Assembly: GCA_007130145.1 (NCBI GenBank)
Contig: SLSY01000002.1
Span: forward strand, 1 to 48,433
Reading direction: 5' to 3'
From: Bacillota bacterium
GTDB taxonomy: Bacteria > Bacillota > Sulfobacillia > UBA8153
DNA length: 48,433 nt
Below are positions 28,188-38,513 of the stretch, in pieces; the stretch's first letter is position 1, and every line of letters starts with the position of its first letter. Both the position numbers and the translations under genes were made by a program. Below the pieces are notes generated by a model, which was not told the DNA's origin, ran no database searches, and saw only the letters and a program-made list of their open reading frames with translations.

Positions 28188-29297
28188 TTGGGGCGAAATA
28201 CTAGGCCTACCTGGGTGGAAGTTGATTTGCTGCAGTTTGCTTATAACCTTGAGGCCATAGCGGCCCATGTTGAGCCAGCCGAGATGATGCCCGTCGTCAA
28301 GGCCAACGCCTATGGCCATGGCGACGTGGAGCTCAGCCGCATCGCAATGGATCTTGGCTACCAAGCACTTGCCGTTGCCATCATAGATGAAGCGGTGATG
28401 CTGCGCCGGGGCGGAATCGCTGCGGACCTACTCGTGTTGGGGTATACCCCAGCTTGGCAGGTGGGTATTGCCCTTGAAGAGGACATTGCCCTGACGGTAA
28501 TCGACCAGGATATGCTGGGCGTTCTTCAAAGAGAAGCAGGAGATCGGGGGCTAGAGGCCCGCATCCACGTCAAGGTGGAGACAGGCATGAATCGCATTGG
28601 TGTGCGGCCCGGGCCGGATCTAGCGCGACTGCTCGAAGAGCTCAAGGGCCATACCCACATACGCATCGAGGGAGTCTTTACCCACTTTGCCGCCGCCGAT
28701 GAAGATCCCCAGTTTACCAAGGAACAGATAAAGCAATTTCGTTTGGCCTGGCAGATGGTAGAGGACGCAGGATTCACCGCTGTATGCCGCCATGCTGCCA
28801 ATAGTGCGGGCATACTTGACTTTCCCCAAGCGCATCTGGATATGGTGCGCCCGGGCCTGATCATGTATGGCTACTATCCTTCAGCTACTGTGGGCCGTCC
28901 GTTCACCGTGAGGCCTCCCTTGAGATGGCTTGCCCGCATGGTTCAGGTTAAGACCCTGCGCAAAGGGGATACGGTGGGCTATAATCGCACGTACCGGGCA
29001 GAATCAACGCGTACCGTCGCGTCTTTGCCCGTGGGGTATGCCGATGGTTATCCCCGCATCCTGTCCAATCGGGGCACAATCTACGTTGAGGGTCAGCCTG
29101 CGCCCGTGGTGGGGCGGGTGTGTATGGATCAACTCATGATTGACGTGACCGATCTTCCCGGGGCCAAGCCGGGGGCCATATGTTCACTACTGGGCCCAGA
29201 ACACGATGCAAGTGATATGGGGCGGTTAGCTCAAACCATCCCCCACGAGATACTGACGGGAATCAGCCCACGGGTTCCCCGCCTGTATCATCGTTAG
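28188..29297 (+). CDS. alr: Alanine racemase
   Basis: VVKANAYGHG (PLP lysine), GMNRIG, HAANSA, VRPGL, GYADG, GRVCMDQ. Confidence 0.95.
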   Translation: MGRNTRPTWVEVDLLQFAYNLEAIAAHVEPAEMMPVVKANAYGHGDVELSRIAMDLGYQALAVAIIDEAVMLRRGGIAADLLVLGYTPAWQVGIALEEDIALTVIDQDMLGVLQREAGDRGLEARIHVKVETGMNRIGVRPGPDLARLLEELKGHTHIRIEGVFTHFAAADEDPQFTKEQIKQFRLAWQMVEDAGFTAVCRHAANSAGILDFPQAHLDMVRPGLIMYGYYPSATVGRPFTVRPPLRWLARMVQVKTLRKGDTVGYNRTYRAESTRTVASLPVGYADGYPRILSNRGTIYVEGQPAPVVGRVCMDQLMIDVTDLPGAKPGAICSLLGPEHDASDMGRLAQTIPHEILTGISPRVPRLYHR

Positions 29298-29398
29298 GGC
29301 CGTTCTGATGGGAATCGAGAGGTTGCCATGAGGCAGGATATGGGTCTTGTGTGCCGAAGCAAGCAAGAGTATTTGTGCTAATCGGAGGAAACTACCAC

Positions 29399-30361
29399 GT
29401 GTTCGGACGCAAAGGTAAAGTGAGAAGTGAAAAGAACGGATTATCGATCATCATCGTCCCGGCCTTGCGCACAACCCGGCAATGGCATGTCTCCAGCGGA
29501 GTCTTGCTCTTCATGGGCGTGGTGGCATTCCTGCTCCTCGTGGTGGCGGGTCTTTTTATCCATCACTATTTGGATGTTGCCGCCGATATTAGGGAGATAT
29601 ATCATCTGCGCGCCGCGAAACATCAGCAGGAAACACAGCTGCAAGAGCTGGACCGCTTGACCGACGAGTTGGCTGCCAGACTCCGTTACCTTGAGGTCGC
29701 CGACGAGCGCATACGAACGTTCTTGGAAGATGAAGACCTCCTTCCAGAGGGCCTGCCGTCGCGCAACGCCCTAGAGGACCCGCCTGTCGATCGCTTGTGG
29801 GCCGTGCAGACAGGGAGTCAAGCTATCGGCCCGACCGCACCCCGCGACTATCACCAACTGACGTCTGCCCTCGGGAAACTGTACGAGCGCTCAGCCGATG
29901 CAGAGCAAAGCTTGGACAACCTACACCGTGTCATCCTTCATGCGGCTGACTACTTCCGAGCGCGACCCACTATCTGGCCGGTCATTGGTCGCGTGAGTTC
30001 GGGCTTTGGCATGCGCCGTTCCCCTGTTACCGGAGCTTGGGCGTTCCATTACGGGATCGATATTGCTGCCAACTACGGCACCGAGATCCGGGCCACAGCC
30101 GATGGTGTGGTGGAATTTTCCGCATACAATGGACTCTACGGCAATTGCATCATCATCGACCACGGATACGGCCTCAAGACTCTTTATGCACACAATTGGC
30201 GCAATTTAGTGGAAGTAGATGATTGGGTGGAGCGTGGTGATGTCATCGCGCTGGTTGGTAGCACCGGCCGATCCACTGGTCCCCACCTGCATTATGAGGT
30301 ATGGGTGGACGGCGAGCGAAAGGACCCTTGGGAGTATCACTTATCCACGAGCCCTAGGTGA
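29399..30361 (+). CDS. Membrane-anchored coiled-coil M23 (LytM) peptidase
   Basis: TM segment, coiled coil, HYGID, YAHN, GSTGRSTGPHLHYEV. GTG 29399 follows GGAGG. Confidence 0.9.
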   Translation: MFGRKGKVRSEKNGLSIIIVPALRTTRQWHVSSGVLLFMGVVAFLLLVVAGLFIHHYLDVAADIREIYHLRAAKHQQETQLQELDRLTDELAARLRYLEVADERIRTFLEDEDLLPEGLPSRNALEDPPVDRLWAVQTGSQAIGPTAPRDYHQLTSALGKLYERSADAEQSLDNLHRVILHAADYFRARPTIWPVIGRVSSGFGMRRSPVTGAWAFHYGIDIAANYGTEIRATADGVVEFSAYNGLYGNCIIIDHGYGLKTLYAHNWRNLVEVDDWVERGDVIALVGSTGRSTGPHLHYEVWVDGERKDPWEYHLSTSPR

Positions 30362-30397
30362 GAGCAGTAGGGTCTCATGACGAGGGGAGAGGTTGGC

Positions 30398-30880
30398 TTG
30401 TTTGGAAAGTCTCGTGAAATCCGGCCCGATCGCATTGATACGGTGATTGGTCGGGAGACCAAATGCAGTGGCACCATTGAAGTGAGCGGAGCCTTGCGGA
30501 TTGAAGGGCAGGTAGAAGGCACTGTCTGTGGGGAAGGAGATGTAACGGTTGGCGAAGCAGCTTCTGTTGAAGCCAACATACAGGGACGCAATATTACCAT
30601 CGCAGGACGGGTCAAGGGCAATGTGGAAGCGCGCGGGCGCTTGGAGCTAATGCCCACCGCTCATATGGAAGGGGACATCATGGTCGCCAAACTCATGATC
30701 TCTCCCGGCGCTCATTTTGCGGGCAAGAGCACCATGAAAGCCGAGGAGGATACCAGCTCTATCAAGAGAGCCGAAGAGAAGACCAACCGAAGCAAGGATA
30801 GCACCAAACTCACCTCCGAATCCAAGCCATCGGCAGCGACACCACCAGCATCGAATGCTAAGAACAAGAAGAACCAGTAA
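30398..30880 (+). CDS. Bactofilin (polymer-forming cytoskeletal protein)
   Basis: TVIG, LRIEGQVEG, IAGRVKGNVEA, GDI...L.I..GA.F.G beta-helix pattern; usual pairing with an M23 gene. Confidence 0.9.
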   Translation: MFGKSREIRPDRIDTVIGRETKCSGTIEVSGALRIEGQVEGTVCGEGDVTVGEAASVEANIQGRNITIAGRVKGNVEARGRLELMPTAHMEGDIMVAKLMISPGAHFAGKSTMKAEEDTSSIKRAEEKTNRSKDSTKLTSESKPSAATPPASNAKNKKNQ

Positions 30881-30919
30881 GGCTTCAAGAACCTGCACAA
30901 TGGATGAGGAGTAAGGCCT

Positions 30920-31789
30920 GTGCCTGTCAAGGTAATTATCAATCCCATTGCTGGGGCTGGACGTGCTCTGAAAGCCTGGAGCAAGGTGGAAGACTATCTA
31001 ACTGGAAATGAATTTGCCTGCGATGCCGAGTTCACTCGTGCCAGGCGCCACGCTACCGAGATAGCGCAAGCGGCGGCAGAAGAAGGGTACGATACCATCA
31101 TCGTCATTGCGGGTGATGGCACTTTGCATGAAGTGGTCAACGGAATGGTGGGGACAGGGATTTCGCTGGGGGTTATTCCGGCGGGTCGCGGTAACGACTT
31201 GGCGCGGAGTCTGGGGATATCCACAGACCCGTTGGCGGCCGCTCGCACGTGTCTTCATGGGCACTTGACCCACATCGATCTGGGCAAAGCCAATGGCGAA
31301 TACTTCTTCAACGTGGCTGGCGTTGGTTTTGACGCCGAGGTCTGCCAACAGGTCAACCAGGGTCGCCTCTACGTAAACGGACCCCTCACATATGTCGTAT
31401 ATGTCCTCAAGATGTTGTGGTACTACCGACCGGTAGTTTGTCGCATTACCCTGGATGAGAAGACATGGGAGCAACCCGTGTTCTTACTGGTGGCGGGCAA
31501 TGGTCGGTATTTTGGCGGGGGGATGCTGGCCACACCCGGGGCAGATCTTTACGATGGTGTGTTTGAGGTGGTAATCGCTGGAGACGTGACTCGGCTTGAA
31601 GCTCTTCAGGCCCTCAGTCTGATCTACTCCGGAAAACATGTTCATCTCCCTAAGATCCAGACGTATCGAGCGCGCCGTGTGCGAGTGGAATCAGTGCATT
31701 CTCTCAATATAGAGGCGGACGGAGAAGTGATTGGTTGTGTGCCTCTTAGCATGGAGACCTTGCGCGCCGCCCTGCCCGTTTGGGTATAA
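30920..31789 (+). CDS. Diacylglycerol/lipid kinase (YegS/DagK family)
   Basis: INPIAG, AGDGTLHEVVNG, PAGRGNDLAR, GNGRYFGGG, ADGE. Confidence 0.92.
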   Translation: MPVKVIINPIAGAGRALKAWSKVEDYLTGNEFACDAEFTRARRHATEIAQAAAEEGYDTIIVIAGDGTLHEVVNGMVGTGISLGVIPAGRGNDLARSLGISTDPLAAARTCLHGHLTHIDLGKANGEYFFNVAGVGFDAEVCQQVNQGRLYVNGPLTYVVYVLKMLWYYRPVVCRITLDEKTWEQPVFLLVAGNGRYFGGGMLATPGADLYDGVFEVVIAGDVTRLEALQALSLIYSGKHVHLPKIQTYRARRVRVESVHSLNIEADGEVIGCVPLSMETLRAALPVWV

Positions 31790-31815
31790 TGAGATATAGG
31801 GAGGAGGGAGACACG

Positions 31816-32478
31816 ATGAGAACGTTTTCCCACCGCCACGAGGCAGGAAAGCGTTTAGCTGACGAGTGCGCGCGCAGGTGCGAGGTAAGAGGTGAAGATC
31901 TACTCATTCTCGCGATTCCCCGTGGTGGGGTTGTCATTGGCTATGAAATGGTGCGCCGACTCAAAGGAGAACTGGATGTGATCATTCCCCGCAAAATTGG
32001 TGCTCCTTACCAACCGGAGCTGGCGGTGGGAGCGGTCACGGAAAACGGCACGCTGCTGGTAAATGAAGAGATGGTTTCACAGGGGACCGCAACGCGTGAA
32101 TATATCGAAGCCGAAGCCCAAAGGCAGTTGCAGGAAGTTCGGCGCCGGGGCCAGCTGTACCGGCAAGGCCGACAGCGCGCCTCCATGGCCGGACGCACAG
32201 TGATTGTGGTCGATGATGGGATCGCCACGGGATTCACTATGCAGGCCGCCCTGAAGAGTGTGCGCGAGGAAGGCCCCAAACACCTCCTGGTTGCAGTGCC
32301 GGTAGCACCGTCGCAATCGTTGGAGCCCCTAAGAGAGTGGGCAGATGATGTGATTTGTCTCCATACACCGTCGCTTTTCTATGCGGTAGGACAGTGGTAT
32401 GAGGACTTTGCCCAGGTTGAAGATGAGGACGTGCTCCGGCTGCTCAATGAGGTCGAGTGTGGTCGCAAGGCACCCTAA
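31816..32478 (+). CDS. Phosphoribosyltransferase-family protein
   Basis: LAIPRGGV, RKIGAP..PELAVGAV, VVDDGIATG.T, AVGQWY.DF.QV. Confidence 0.88.
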   Translation: MRTFSHRHEAGKRLADECARRCEVRGEDLLILAIPRGGVVIGYEMVRRLKGELDVIIPRKIGAPYQPELAVGAVTENGTLLVNEEMVSQGTATREYIEAEAQRQLQEVRRRGQLYRQGRQRASMAGRTVIVVDDGIATGFTMQAALKSVREEGPKHLLVAVPVAPSQSLEPLREWADDVICLHTPSLFYAVGQWYEDFAQVEDEDVLRLLNEVECGRKAP

Positions 32479-33071
32479 ACGACAAATCGTGGTTGGCCTT
32501 CCCAGACCCCACCGAACACCTGGGCCAGACTGCCGGAAAGCACCCGGGCCATCTTGACCACCAAGTTCAAACGAGTATTTTGCAGTACCAGATATTCCAT
32601 AAAACCGCCCACATTCACCGTTCCGGTTAGATACAGGTCTCCCACAGCGGGCAGGGACTTGTTCACTCCTGCTCCCGGCCGTAAGGGGCCAACTCCCACA
32701 GACACCGTACCTACCTGGCTGGTTTGGCCCAGACACGCATCAACAGCGATGATTATGGGATTGGATCCGGTGGAGATTCTCTCTATCTCTTCTGTCAGAT
32801 TGCTGGCGTGAACAGGTTCTTCCAACGTGCCGCGAACCTCAGCGTCCATCCCAGGACACGAGGAGAGAAGACTCCCGGTTAAAGGACCTAGAGCGTCCCC
32901 CGTGGAACGGTCGGTGCCGATGCACAGGATGACCACTCGTCGGTGCGGATGATAACCCAGGTGTTCAAGAACACATCGTATGTGCTCAGCGATGCGGTGC
33001 GATGCCCCTATTTCTGAGCAAGCAATGCGAAAGGGAGATGCGGTCACGCCTTTACGGTCTGGAATTCTCAT
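32475..33071 (-). CDS. yyaC: Spore protease YyaC
   Basis: LCIGTDRSTGDALGPL, GTLEEPVHA, IAVDACLG, PGAGVNK.LP.VGD, LQNTRL. ATG 33071 follows GGGAGG. Confidence 0.93.
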   Translation of the reverse strand: MRIPDRKGVTASPFRIACSEIGASHRIAEHIRCVLEHLGYHPHRRVVILCIGTDRSTGDALGPLTGSLLSSCPGMDAEVRGTLEEPVHASNLTEEIERISTGSNPIIIAVDACLGQTSQVGTVSVGVGPLRPGAGVNKSLPAVGDLYLTGTVNVGGFMEYLVLQNTRLNLVVKMARVLSGSLAQVFGGVWEGQPRFVV

Positions 33072-33219
33072 ACAAGCCTCCCACATTCATTATGTGTATA
33101 TGGAGTATATGAAGCTCTGCGGTCGGCTATGCGCATGCACCAGACAGGATATGGCCTATTATGGGAGAATCAATCCACTATGAGCAGGACGTGCTCAATC
33201 GTGATGAGGGTGATGGATC

Positions 33220-34335
33220 TTGATGCGACCAAGACGACAACGTATCCAAGGGGAGAGAGTGACTGCAGCCAGAAACAAGTTTCCCGTAAAGACCGTCGGA
33301 TTTCTCTTGACCGCAGGGGTTCTCCTTCTGACCGTCGCCTGGCACTTTACCAGCGGTTATGCAGATGTTCGGCTCGTTATAGCCTGGGAGACGCCGGTGG
33401 ATGCGGTTAGCAAGCTGGCCATTGATCCCCAGGGGCAGAGTTTGCTTATTACCCAAGAAGGGAAGTTTCTTTCCATCAGCCCACAAGGAGGAATAACCCC
33501 CCTTCCTTCGCTGCCACTCCAGCAGGTGGTGGAATTAACTCCGTGGGGCGCTCTTGTGCAGCATGCCGATACATTGTTGCTCGCGGGCGCAGATGGAACC
33601 AGCGTCGAAGTGGCTGATTTTGCTCCCGAGGCCCACGTTTTCCCCACCCAAACGGGCTTTTTGTTGGCTCAGGCGGTGGCGGAACAGTGGACGGTGGGAG
33701 ATTCTTTGCAGCTCTGGCAAGGGGAAGAGGTCCAGCACTGGATTTGGGACGGGCGAGTGCTTCTCGACGCTGCTTCTTGGGGAGACGATTACGCCGGAGT
33801 CAGTCTGCGCACGAGTGAGGATGAGTTGACCGTAATGTTATGTCGGTTTACCCCGGAAGGGATCTCCTGGGAGCAAGAACTGGGCTCACAACTCCCCGTG
33901 GGTTTTGCCATTGTTCCCGGGCAGGCGCTCGTAGCCCTGGACCGCACGTTGGTAGCTTATGACGGGGAGGGAAATTTGCGCTGGACGTATCAAGCCGCCA
34001 CTCCCATTCTGTCTTTGGCGGCCGCCCGTCACGGCTCACTGGTAGTGGAAGAGGTGGGGTCCTTCAACCGTTACCGTTTCACTCACGTCGATCCCTGGGG
34101 AGAGAAGACATGGCAAACAACTCTGGGCGGTCAGCTGGACGATGTTCAAACCGGAGGTGGCTGGCACGCCTTGTTGCTCAATGGAAGATTGTGGCTTGTG
34201 GAGATTGCTGGCGGAAGAGTGCTGAAGACGCAAATCGTGGCCCACAAGATGGATATGGATAGCGAGGGACGATATCTCATCGCGGTGGGATCAGAGGGGA
34301 CGGTTATGCGGGTATTGCTCGATAGCATCCCCTAA
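33220..34335 (+). CDS. Membrane-anchored beta-propeller-like hypothetical protein
   Basis: One N-terminal TM segment; repeated W-containing blades (AYDGEGNLRWTY, DPWGEKTW, DSEGRYL). Confidence 0.6.
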   Translation: MMRPRRQRIQGERVTAARNKFPVKTVGFLLTAGVLLLTVAWHFTSGYADVRLVIAWETPVDAVSKLAIDPQGQSLLITQEGKFLSISPQGGITPLPSLPLQQVVELTPWGALVQHADTLLLAGADGTSVEVADFAPEAHVFPTQTGFLLAQAVAEQWTVGDSLQLWQGEEVQHWIWDGRVLLDAASWGDDYAGVSLRTSEDELTVMLCRFTPEGISWEQELGSQLPVGFAIVPGQALVALDRTLVAYDGEGNLRWTYQAATPILSLAAARHGSLVVEEVGSFNRYRFTHVDPWGEKTWQTTLGGQLDDVQTGGGWHALLLNGRLWLVEIAGGRVLKTQIVAHKMDMDSEGRYLIAVGSEGTVMRVLLDSIP

Positions 34336-34387
34336 TCCGGATATTAAAAGCAAAGAGTTGGTTGGCCCCGGGGAGGCTTGGTAAGGG

Positions 34388-34741
34388 GTGACGAAGAGAA
34401 CGTTGGGTATTCTTCTGTCAGGGGCAGTGACCATTGTTGTCATGGTGCACGTGGTGCGTTATCTCGATCAGCGCTCCTTGCCGCTTGTTGCCATGAGTCT
34501 GGGCGCATTCTGGACGGCTCGCGTGGCGAGTGCAGTTATGGAACGGGTGCTCTTTCCCTCCGTCTCGCTGATGTTTTATGAAGATGTCCTGCGCGATCTA
34601 ACCGTTTATACCATGTTGGCACTGGTGACCGCAGCGGCCATCTGGGTGAACCACTACGTAGTGGGTACAGATGTCAGCCCGCTGGGACCTGCTATCGCCA
34701 TCCATGTGCTGAGACTATTGTTTAGACGGGATTCAAGGTAA
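34388..34741 (+). CDS. Hypothetical small multi-TM protein
   Basis: About four hydrophobic segments; fills the operon in the same orientation. Confidence 0.55.
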   Translation: MTKRTLGILLSGAVTIVVMVHVVRYLDQRSLPLVAMSLGAFWTARVASAVMERVLFPSVSLMFYEDVLRDLTVYTMLALVTAAAIWVNHYVVGTDVSPLGPAIAIHVLRLLFRRDSR

Positions 34742-34767
34742 ACTTGTATTTGCAGGGGGAGGAACAC

Positions 34768-35199
34768 ATGGTTAAGACCAAAGATGATCTGCTCCAGATG
34801 ATCAAGGAGTGCGAATCATACCTTGATCTGTCCGAAGAGGTTGGTCATTTGGAAGAAGCGCTCTATGCCGGAGGCGATGTGGTGATTTGGATTACCTCCG
34901 ATCATTTGGGCAGCGACCAGGAGAGTTTGGGACGGATCTTGATGAAGGAACTGCTGATTTGTCTGGCAGAGATAGGGAGCAATCTGAAAGCGGTCATCCT
35001 TAGTAACCGGGCCGTGAAGCTGGAAGAAGATCCGGCCAACCATCAGGCACTGGAGCGCCTAGAGGAGCAGGGAGTAGCCCTTTTATACTGCTCTACCTCC
35101 GTGCACCGCTTGGCCATTGAACCAGAACTCGGTACTCGTGCCACCATGTTTCACTTATTGCAAGTGGCGTTGAGTGCCAAACGGCTCTTATCCCTATAA
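34768..35199 (+). CDS. YedF/DsrE-like sulfurtransferase-fold protein (divergent)
   Basis: I.SD.LG...LGRILMK, N.AVKL, L..LEEQGV...CSTS; GGAGG RBS. Confidence 0.65.
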   Translation: MVKTKDDLLQMIKECESYLDLSEEVGHLEEALYAGGDVVIWITSDHLGSDQESLGRILMKELLICLAEIGSNLKAVILSNRAVKLEEDPANHQALERLEEQGVALLYCSTSVHRLAIEPELGTRATMFHLLQVALSAKRLLSL

Positions 35200-35225
35200 G
35201 AAGGAGGACGAAGGAGGACGAATGT

Positions 35226-36080
35226 ATGGAGTGGTTTGCGGATAACTTGACCATGGCAGTGCTTTGGAGTGCCATCGGGAGTTTGCTACGTATCGTACTC
35301 ATCTATATTCTAGCCCGCGTGGTTATAAAGGTGGTAAACCCCTTGGTCAAACGCACTCTTTCCCATGCCCGGGAAAACATAAGTGAGCGGCGGACCAAGA
35401 CTCTGGAGAGCTTGCTTCTTAGCGTGATCCGGTATGTGGTGGGATTTGCGGCGGTTCTTGCCGTATTGGGTGAACTGGGTGTGGATACCACGAGTGTTCT
35501 GGCTGGGGCCGGCATTGTCGGTCTGGCTATAGGCTTTGGCGCCCAGAACCTGGTGCGGGATGTGATCACAGGCTTCTTCTTTGTCTTCGAAGACCAATTT
35601 GCGGTGGGCGATTACGTTACAGCCGGCGGCGAGGGCGGGATCATCGAGGAAATGGGTCTTCGCGTGACCAAGATCCGGGACTTCTCTGGGACCCTGCACG
35701 TAATCCCCAATGGTACCGTGGGCAAGACCACCAATCATTCCCGGGGGAATATGCGTGCCATGGTGGATGTGTCCGTTGCTTATGAGGAGGACATCGAAAG
35801 GGTTCTGGAAGTGTTGGAGAGGGTGTCGCAAGAACTGGCCGAGACCAATGAAGACATCAAAGAAGGGCCTACGGTGCTGGGTCTGGCCAAACTAGGAGAT
35901 TCTGATATGGTATTCCGCGTGCTGTCCCGCGTTGAGCCCATGACGCAATGGGGCGTGGAACGGGAGATGCTCAAAGCCATTAAGCAGGCCTTCGATCGCG
36001 AAGGCATTGAGATTCCCTATCCTAGGCGCGTGCAGGTGCCTATTGCGGCCACCAAGATACGCGGGGACAGTGAAGCATGA
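35226..36080 (+). CDS. Small-conductance mechanosensitive channel (MscS/YkuT-like)
   Basis: AGAGIVGLAIGFGAQNLVRD, GLRVTKIRD, IPNG, GIEIPYP. Confidence 0.93.
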   Translation: MEWFADNLTMAVLWSAIGSLLRIVLIYILARVVIKVVNPLVKRTLSHARENISERRTKTLESLLLSVIRYVVGFAAVLAVLGELGVDTTSVLAGAGIVGLAIGFGAQNLVRDVITGFFFVFEDQFAVGDYVTAGGEGGIIEEMGLRVTKIRDFSGTLHVIPNGTVGKTTNHSRGNMRAMVDVSVAYEEDIERVLEVLERVSQELAETNEDIKEGPTVLGLAKLGDSDMVFRVLSRVEPMTQWGVEREMLKAIKQAFDREGIEIPYPRRVQVPIAATKIRGDSEA

Positions 36081-36271
36081 CCATACTTCGCATCGAGGTG
36101 GGGGATGTGGTACGCATGAAGAAGCCGCATCCCTGCGGGGGGCTGGAGTGGGAAGTGACCCGCACCGGCACCGACGTGGCCGCCGTCTGTCTTTGTTGCG
36201 GTCGGCGCGTCATGATGGGGCGCTCGCGCTTTGAGAAAGCCGTCAAAGAGTTTGTGAGCCCACAAGAGTGA
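36077..36271 (+). CDS. DUF951 family protein
   Basis: VGDVVRMKKPHPCG..W...R.G.D...C..CGR..FEK. Confidence 0.9.
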   Translation: MTILRIEVGDVVRMKKPHPCGGLEWEVTRTGTDVAAVCLCCGRRVMMGRSRFEKAVKEFVSPQE

Positions 36272-37398
36272 GTGGAGGGAAAAACGTGGCAGTATCCTGT
36301 GGAATTCTCGGGTTGCCCAACGTCGGTAAGACGACGTTGTTCAACGCCATGACTCAGACTACCCAGGGAGCAGCAGAAGCCTATCCTTTCACCACCATCG
36401 ATCCCAATCGGGGACGGGTGTTGCTAGAGGACGAACGCTTGGAGGTTATCGCTTCCATAATGAAGCCAGAGAACCAGATCTGTGCCGACTTCCCGGTGGT
36501 GGATATTGCCGGGTTGGTGCGCGGCGCCAGCCGGGGCGAGGGTTTGGGTAACCAGTTCTTGGCCCATGTTCGAGAGATGGATATGCTCATCCATGTGGTT
36601 CGTTGCTTCTTTGCTTCCCATGTGCCCCATGTGGAGGGCACCATTTCTCCCGTGCGAGATGTCGAGATCATTGACACCGAATTGTGCATGGCCGATCTGG
36701 AGGTCATTGAACGGCGCCGTCAGCGTTTGGCCCAGGAGGCTAAAGGGAAGACCCGAGCCGCCCGGGCCAATGAGAGAGAAGGAGAGATGCTCGATCGGTT
36801 TGAGGCCTGGCTGGATACGGGCACGCCTCTGCGCCGGCAGGATTTGTCCGCTGAGGAGGAGCAACTCGCTCGCGCCCTGGCGATGGTTAGTGCCAAGCCC
36901 GTTCTTTACGCGGCAAACCTTGATGAAGGGGATTTGCTGGAGCCATCGGACAATGAACACTACGCCAGTCTCTTGGAGCATGTCCGCCCCCAAGCATCTG
37001 AGGTGGTGCCGGTGAGCGCGCAGATATGCAGCGAATTGGCGGTGCTCACCCAGGAGGAGCGGGATATGTTCATGGAGGAACTGGGTTTGTCCCGCGAAGT
37101 GCTGGCAGAATTGAGCCAGGCGGTGTATCGCACGTTGTCACTTATCACCTATTTTACTGTCAACGAGAAAGAGGTGAGGGCACGTTCGCTCCGGGCAGGG
37201 GCAAGTGCCTTGGAGGCAGCCGGCCAGATCCATACCGACATGGCCCGTGGGTTCATTCGTGCGGAGGTAATCTCCACAGACCAACTGGCAGAGGCCCAAT
37301 CCATGACGGTGGCCCGGGAAAAGGGTTGGGTGAGATTGGAAGGCAAAGATTACCGGGTTCAGGACGGCGACATACTGTATATACGCTTCAATGTGTAG
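36268..37398 (+). CDS. ychF: Redox-regulated ATPase YchF
   Basis: GLPNVGKTTLFN, YPFTTIDPN, DIAGLV.GAS.GEGLGNQFL, IHTD..RGFIRAE, EGKDY.VQDGD. Confidence 0.95.
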   Translation: MSGGKNVAVSCGILGLPNVGKTTLFNAMTQTTQGAAEAYPFTTIDPNRGRVLLEDERLEVIASIMKPENQICADFPVVDIAGLVRGASRGEGLGNQFLAHVREMDMLIHVVRCFFASHVPHVEGTISPVRDVEIIDTELCMADLEVIERRRQRLAQEAKGKTRAARANEREGEMLDRFEAWLDTGTPLRRQDLSAEEEQLARALAMVSAKPVLYAANLDEGDLLEPSDNEHYASLLEHVRPQASEVVPVSAQICSELAVLTQEERDMFMEELGLSREVLAELSQAVYRTLSLITYFTVNEKEVRARSLRAGASALEAAGQIHTDMARGFIRAEVISTDQLAEAQSMTVAREKGWVRLEGKDYRVQDGDILYIRFNV

Positions 37399-37411
37399 TG
37401 CTTCTTCTGCC

Positions 37412-37440
37412 TTGCGCCGCGGTGCTGGCAGTGCTATAAT
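37412..37440 (+). promoter_or_regulatory. SigA-like promoter of rpsF-ssb-rpsR
   Basis: TTGCGC-17 bp-TATAAT with TG extension. Confidence 0.65.
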
Positions 37441-37505
37441 CGAGGAGCGAGTCACGCCGTGTGGCTCTGAGTTTGGGCAGGCCTCGTTGAGACTGTCTGC
37501 TATGA

Positions 37506-37550
37506 CTCCTGCTCCATGAGGAACATGGAGCCGCTAGTCCAAAGGAGGTG
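37506..37550 (+). ncRNA. S6:S18 ribosomal-protein leader (autoregulatory cis element)
   Basis: CTCCT pairs with the RBS AGGAG; inner stem GCTCCATG/CATGGAGC followed by CCG; directly 5' of rpsF. Confidence 0.75.
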
Positions 37551-37557
37551 AATCTGA

Positions 37558-37848
37558 ATGCGCCACTACGAGATGATGTATATCCTGCGCCCTGATCTCG
37601 ATGAGGAAATGCTCAATGAAGTGATTGAGCGTTTTTCTTCTATCATCGAGGAATACGGCGGGGAGACGGTCAAACTCGATCGTTGGGGCAAGCGCAGGCT
37701 CGGTTACGAGATCAACGATTTGCACGAAGGATACTACGTGCTGGTTGACTTCCGTGGCGAAGTTGCACTGACCGACGAACTGTCGCGGCGAATGAGGTTG
37801 AGCGAGAGTGTGCTCCGCCACATGATCGTCAGTCAGGAAGAAGAGTAA
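37558..37848 (+). CDS. rpsF: 30S ribosomal protein S6
   Basis: MRHYEMMYILRP, WGKRRLGYEI, VLRHMIV. Confidence 0.97.
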   Translation: MRHYEMMYILRPDLDEEMLNEVIERFSSIIEEYGGETVKLDRWGKRRLGYEINDLHEGYYVLVDFRGEVALTDELSRRMRLSESVLRHMIVSQEEE

Positions 37849-37890
37849 GCGGTGTCATACTGCCCGGTAAGGTGAAAGGCGGTTGGAAGA

Positions 37891-38259
37891 ATGATTAATC
37901 GTGTGGTGTTGACCGGGCGACTGACACGGGATCCGGAATTGCGCTATACTACGACTGGCAAAGCCGTGTGCAATTTCACTCTGGCCGTGGACAGGCGTTT
38001 TAGTGGGGGACAAGAGAGAGAGACGGACTTCATCCGCATTGTGACCTGGCAGAAGTTGGCCGAGACATGCGCCAACCATCTGAATAAGGGTCGCCTGACA
38101 GGGGTGGACGGCCGTTTGCAAATTCGAAGCTATGAGACGCAAGAGGGGCAAAGGCGTGAGGCCGCAGAAGTTGTGGCCGACAACGTGGTGTTCCTTGATC
38201 GTCCCTCGGGGTCCCGAGATCATAATGATAACCTCGATGATGAGGAAGTTCCCTTTTAG
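37891..38259 (+). CDS. ssb: Single-stranded DNA-binding protein
   Basis: [20 protein letters not shown], acidic tail DDEEVPF. Confidence 0.97.
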   Translation: MINRVVLTGRLTRDPELRYTTTGKAVCNFTLAVDRRFSGGQERETDFIRIVTWQKLAETCANHLNKGRLTGVDGRLQIRSYETQEGQRREAAEVVADNVVFLDRPSGSRDHNDNLDDEEVPF

Positions 38260-38270
38260 GAGGATGGCTC

Positions 38271-38501
38271 ATGAGACGTGATCGCGGACGGAAACCGCGC
38301 CGACGGGTTTGCGGTTTTTGTGTGGATAAGGTCGACAAGGTGGACTACAAAGAGGCAAACAAGCTGCGCCGCTTCATCACCGAGCGGGGGAAGATTCTAC
38401 CCCGCCGCATTAGCGGCAACTGTGCGCGTCACCAGCGCCAATTGACGGTGGCCATCAAGAGGGCTCGTATCATGGCGTTGCTTCCCTTTACCATCGAATA
38501 G
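38271..38501 (+). CDS. rpsR: 30S ribosomal protein S18
   Basis: CGFC..K...[27 protein letters not shown]. Confidence 0.97.
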   Translation: MRRDRGRKPRRRVCGFCVDKVDKVDYKEANKLRRFITERGKILPRRISGNCARHQRQLTVAIKRARIMALLPFTIE

Positions 38502-38513
38502 ATTATGCGACGG

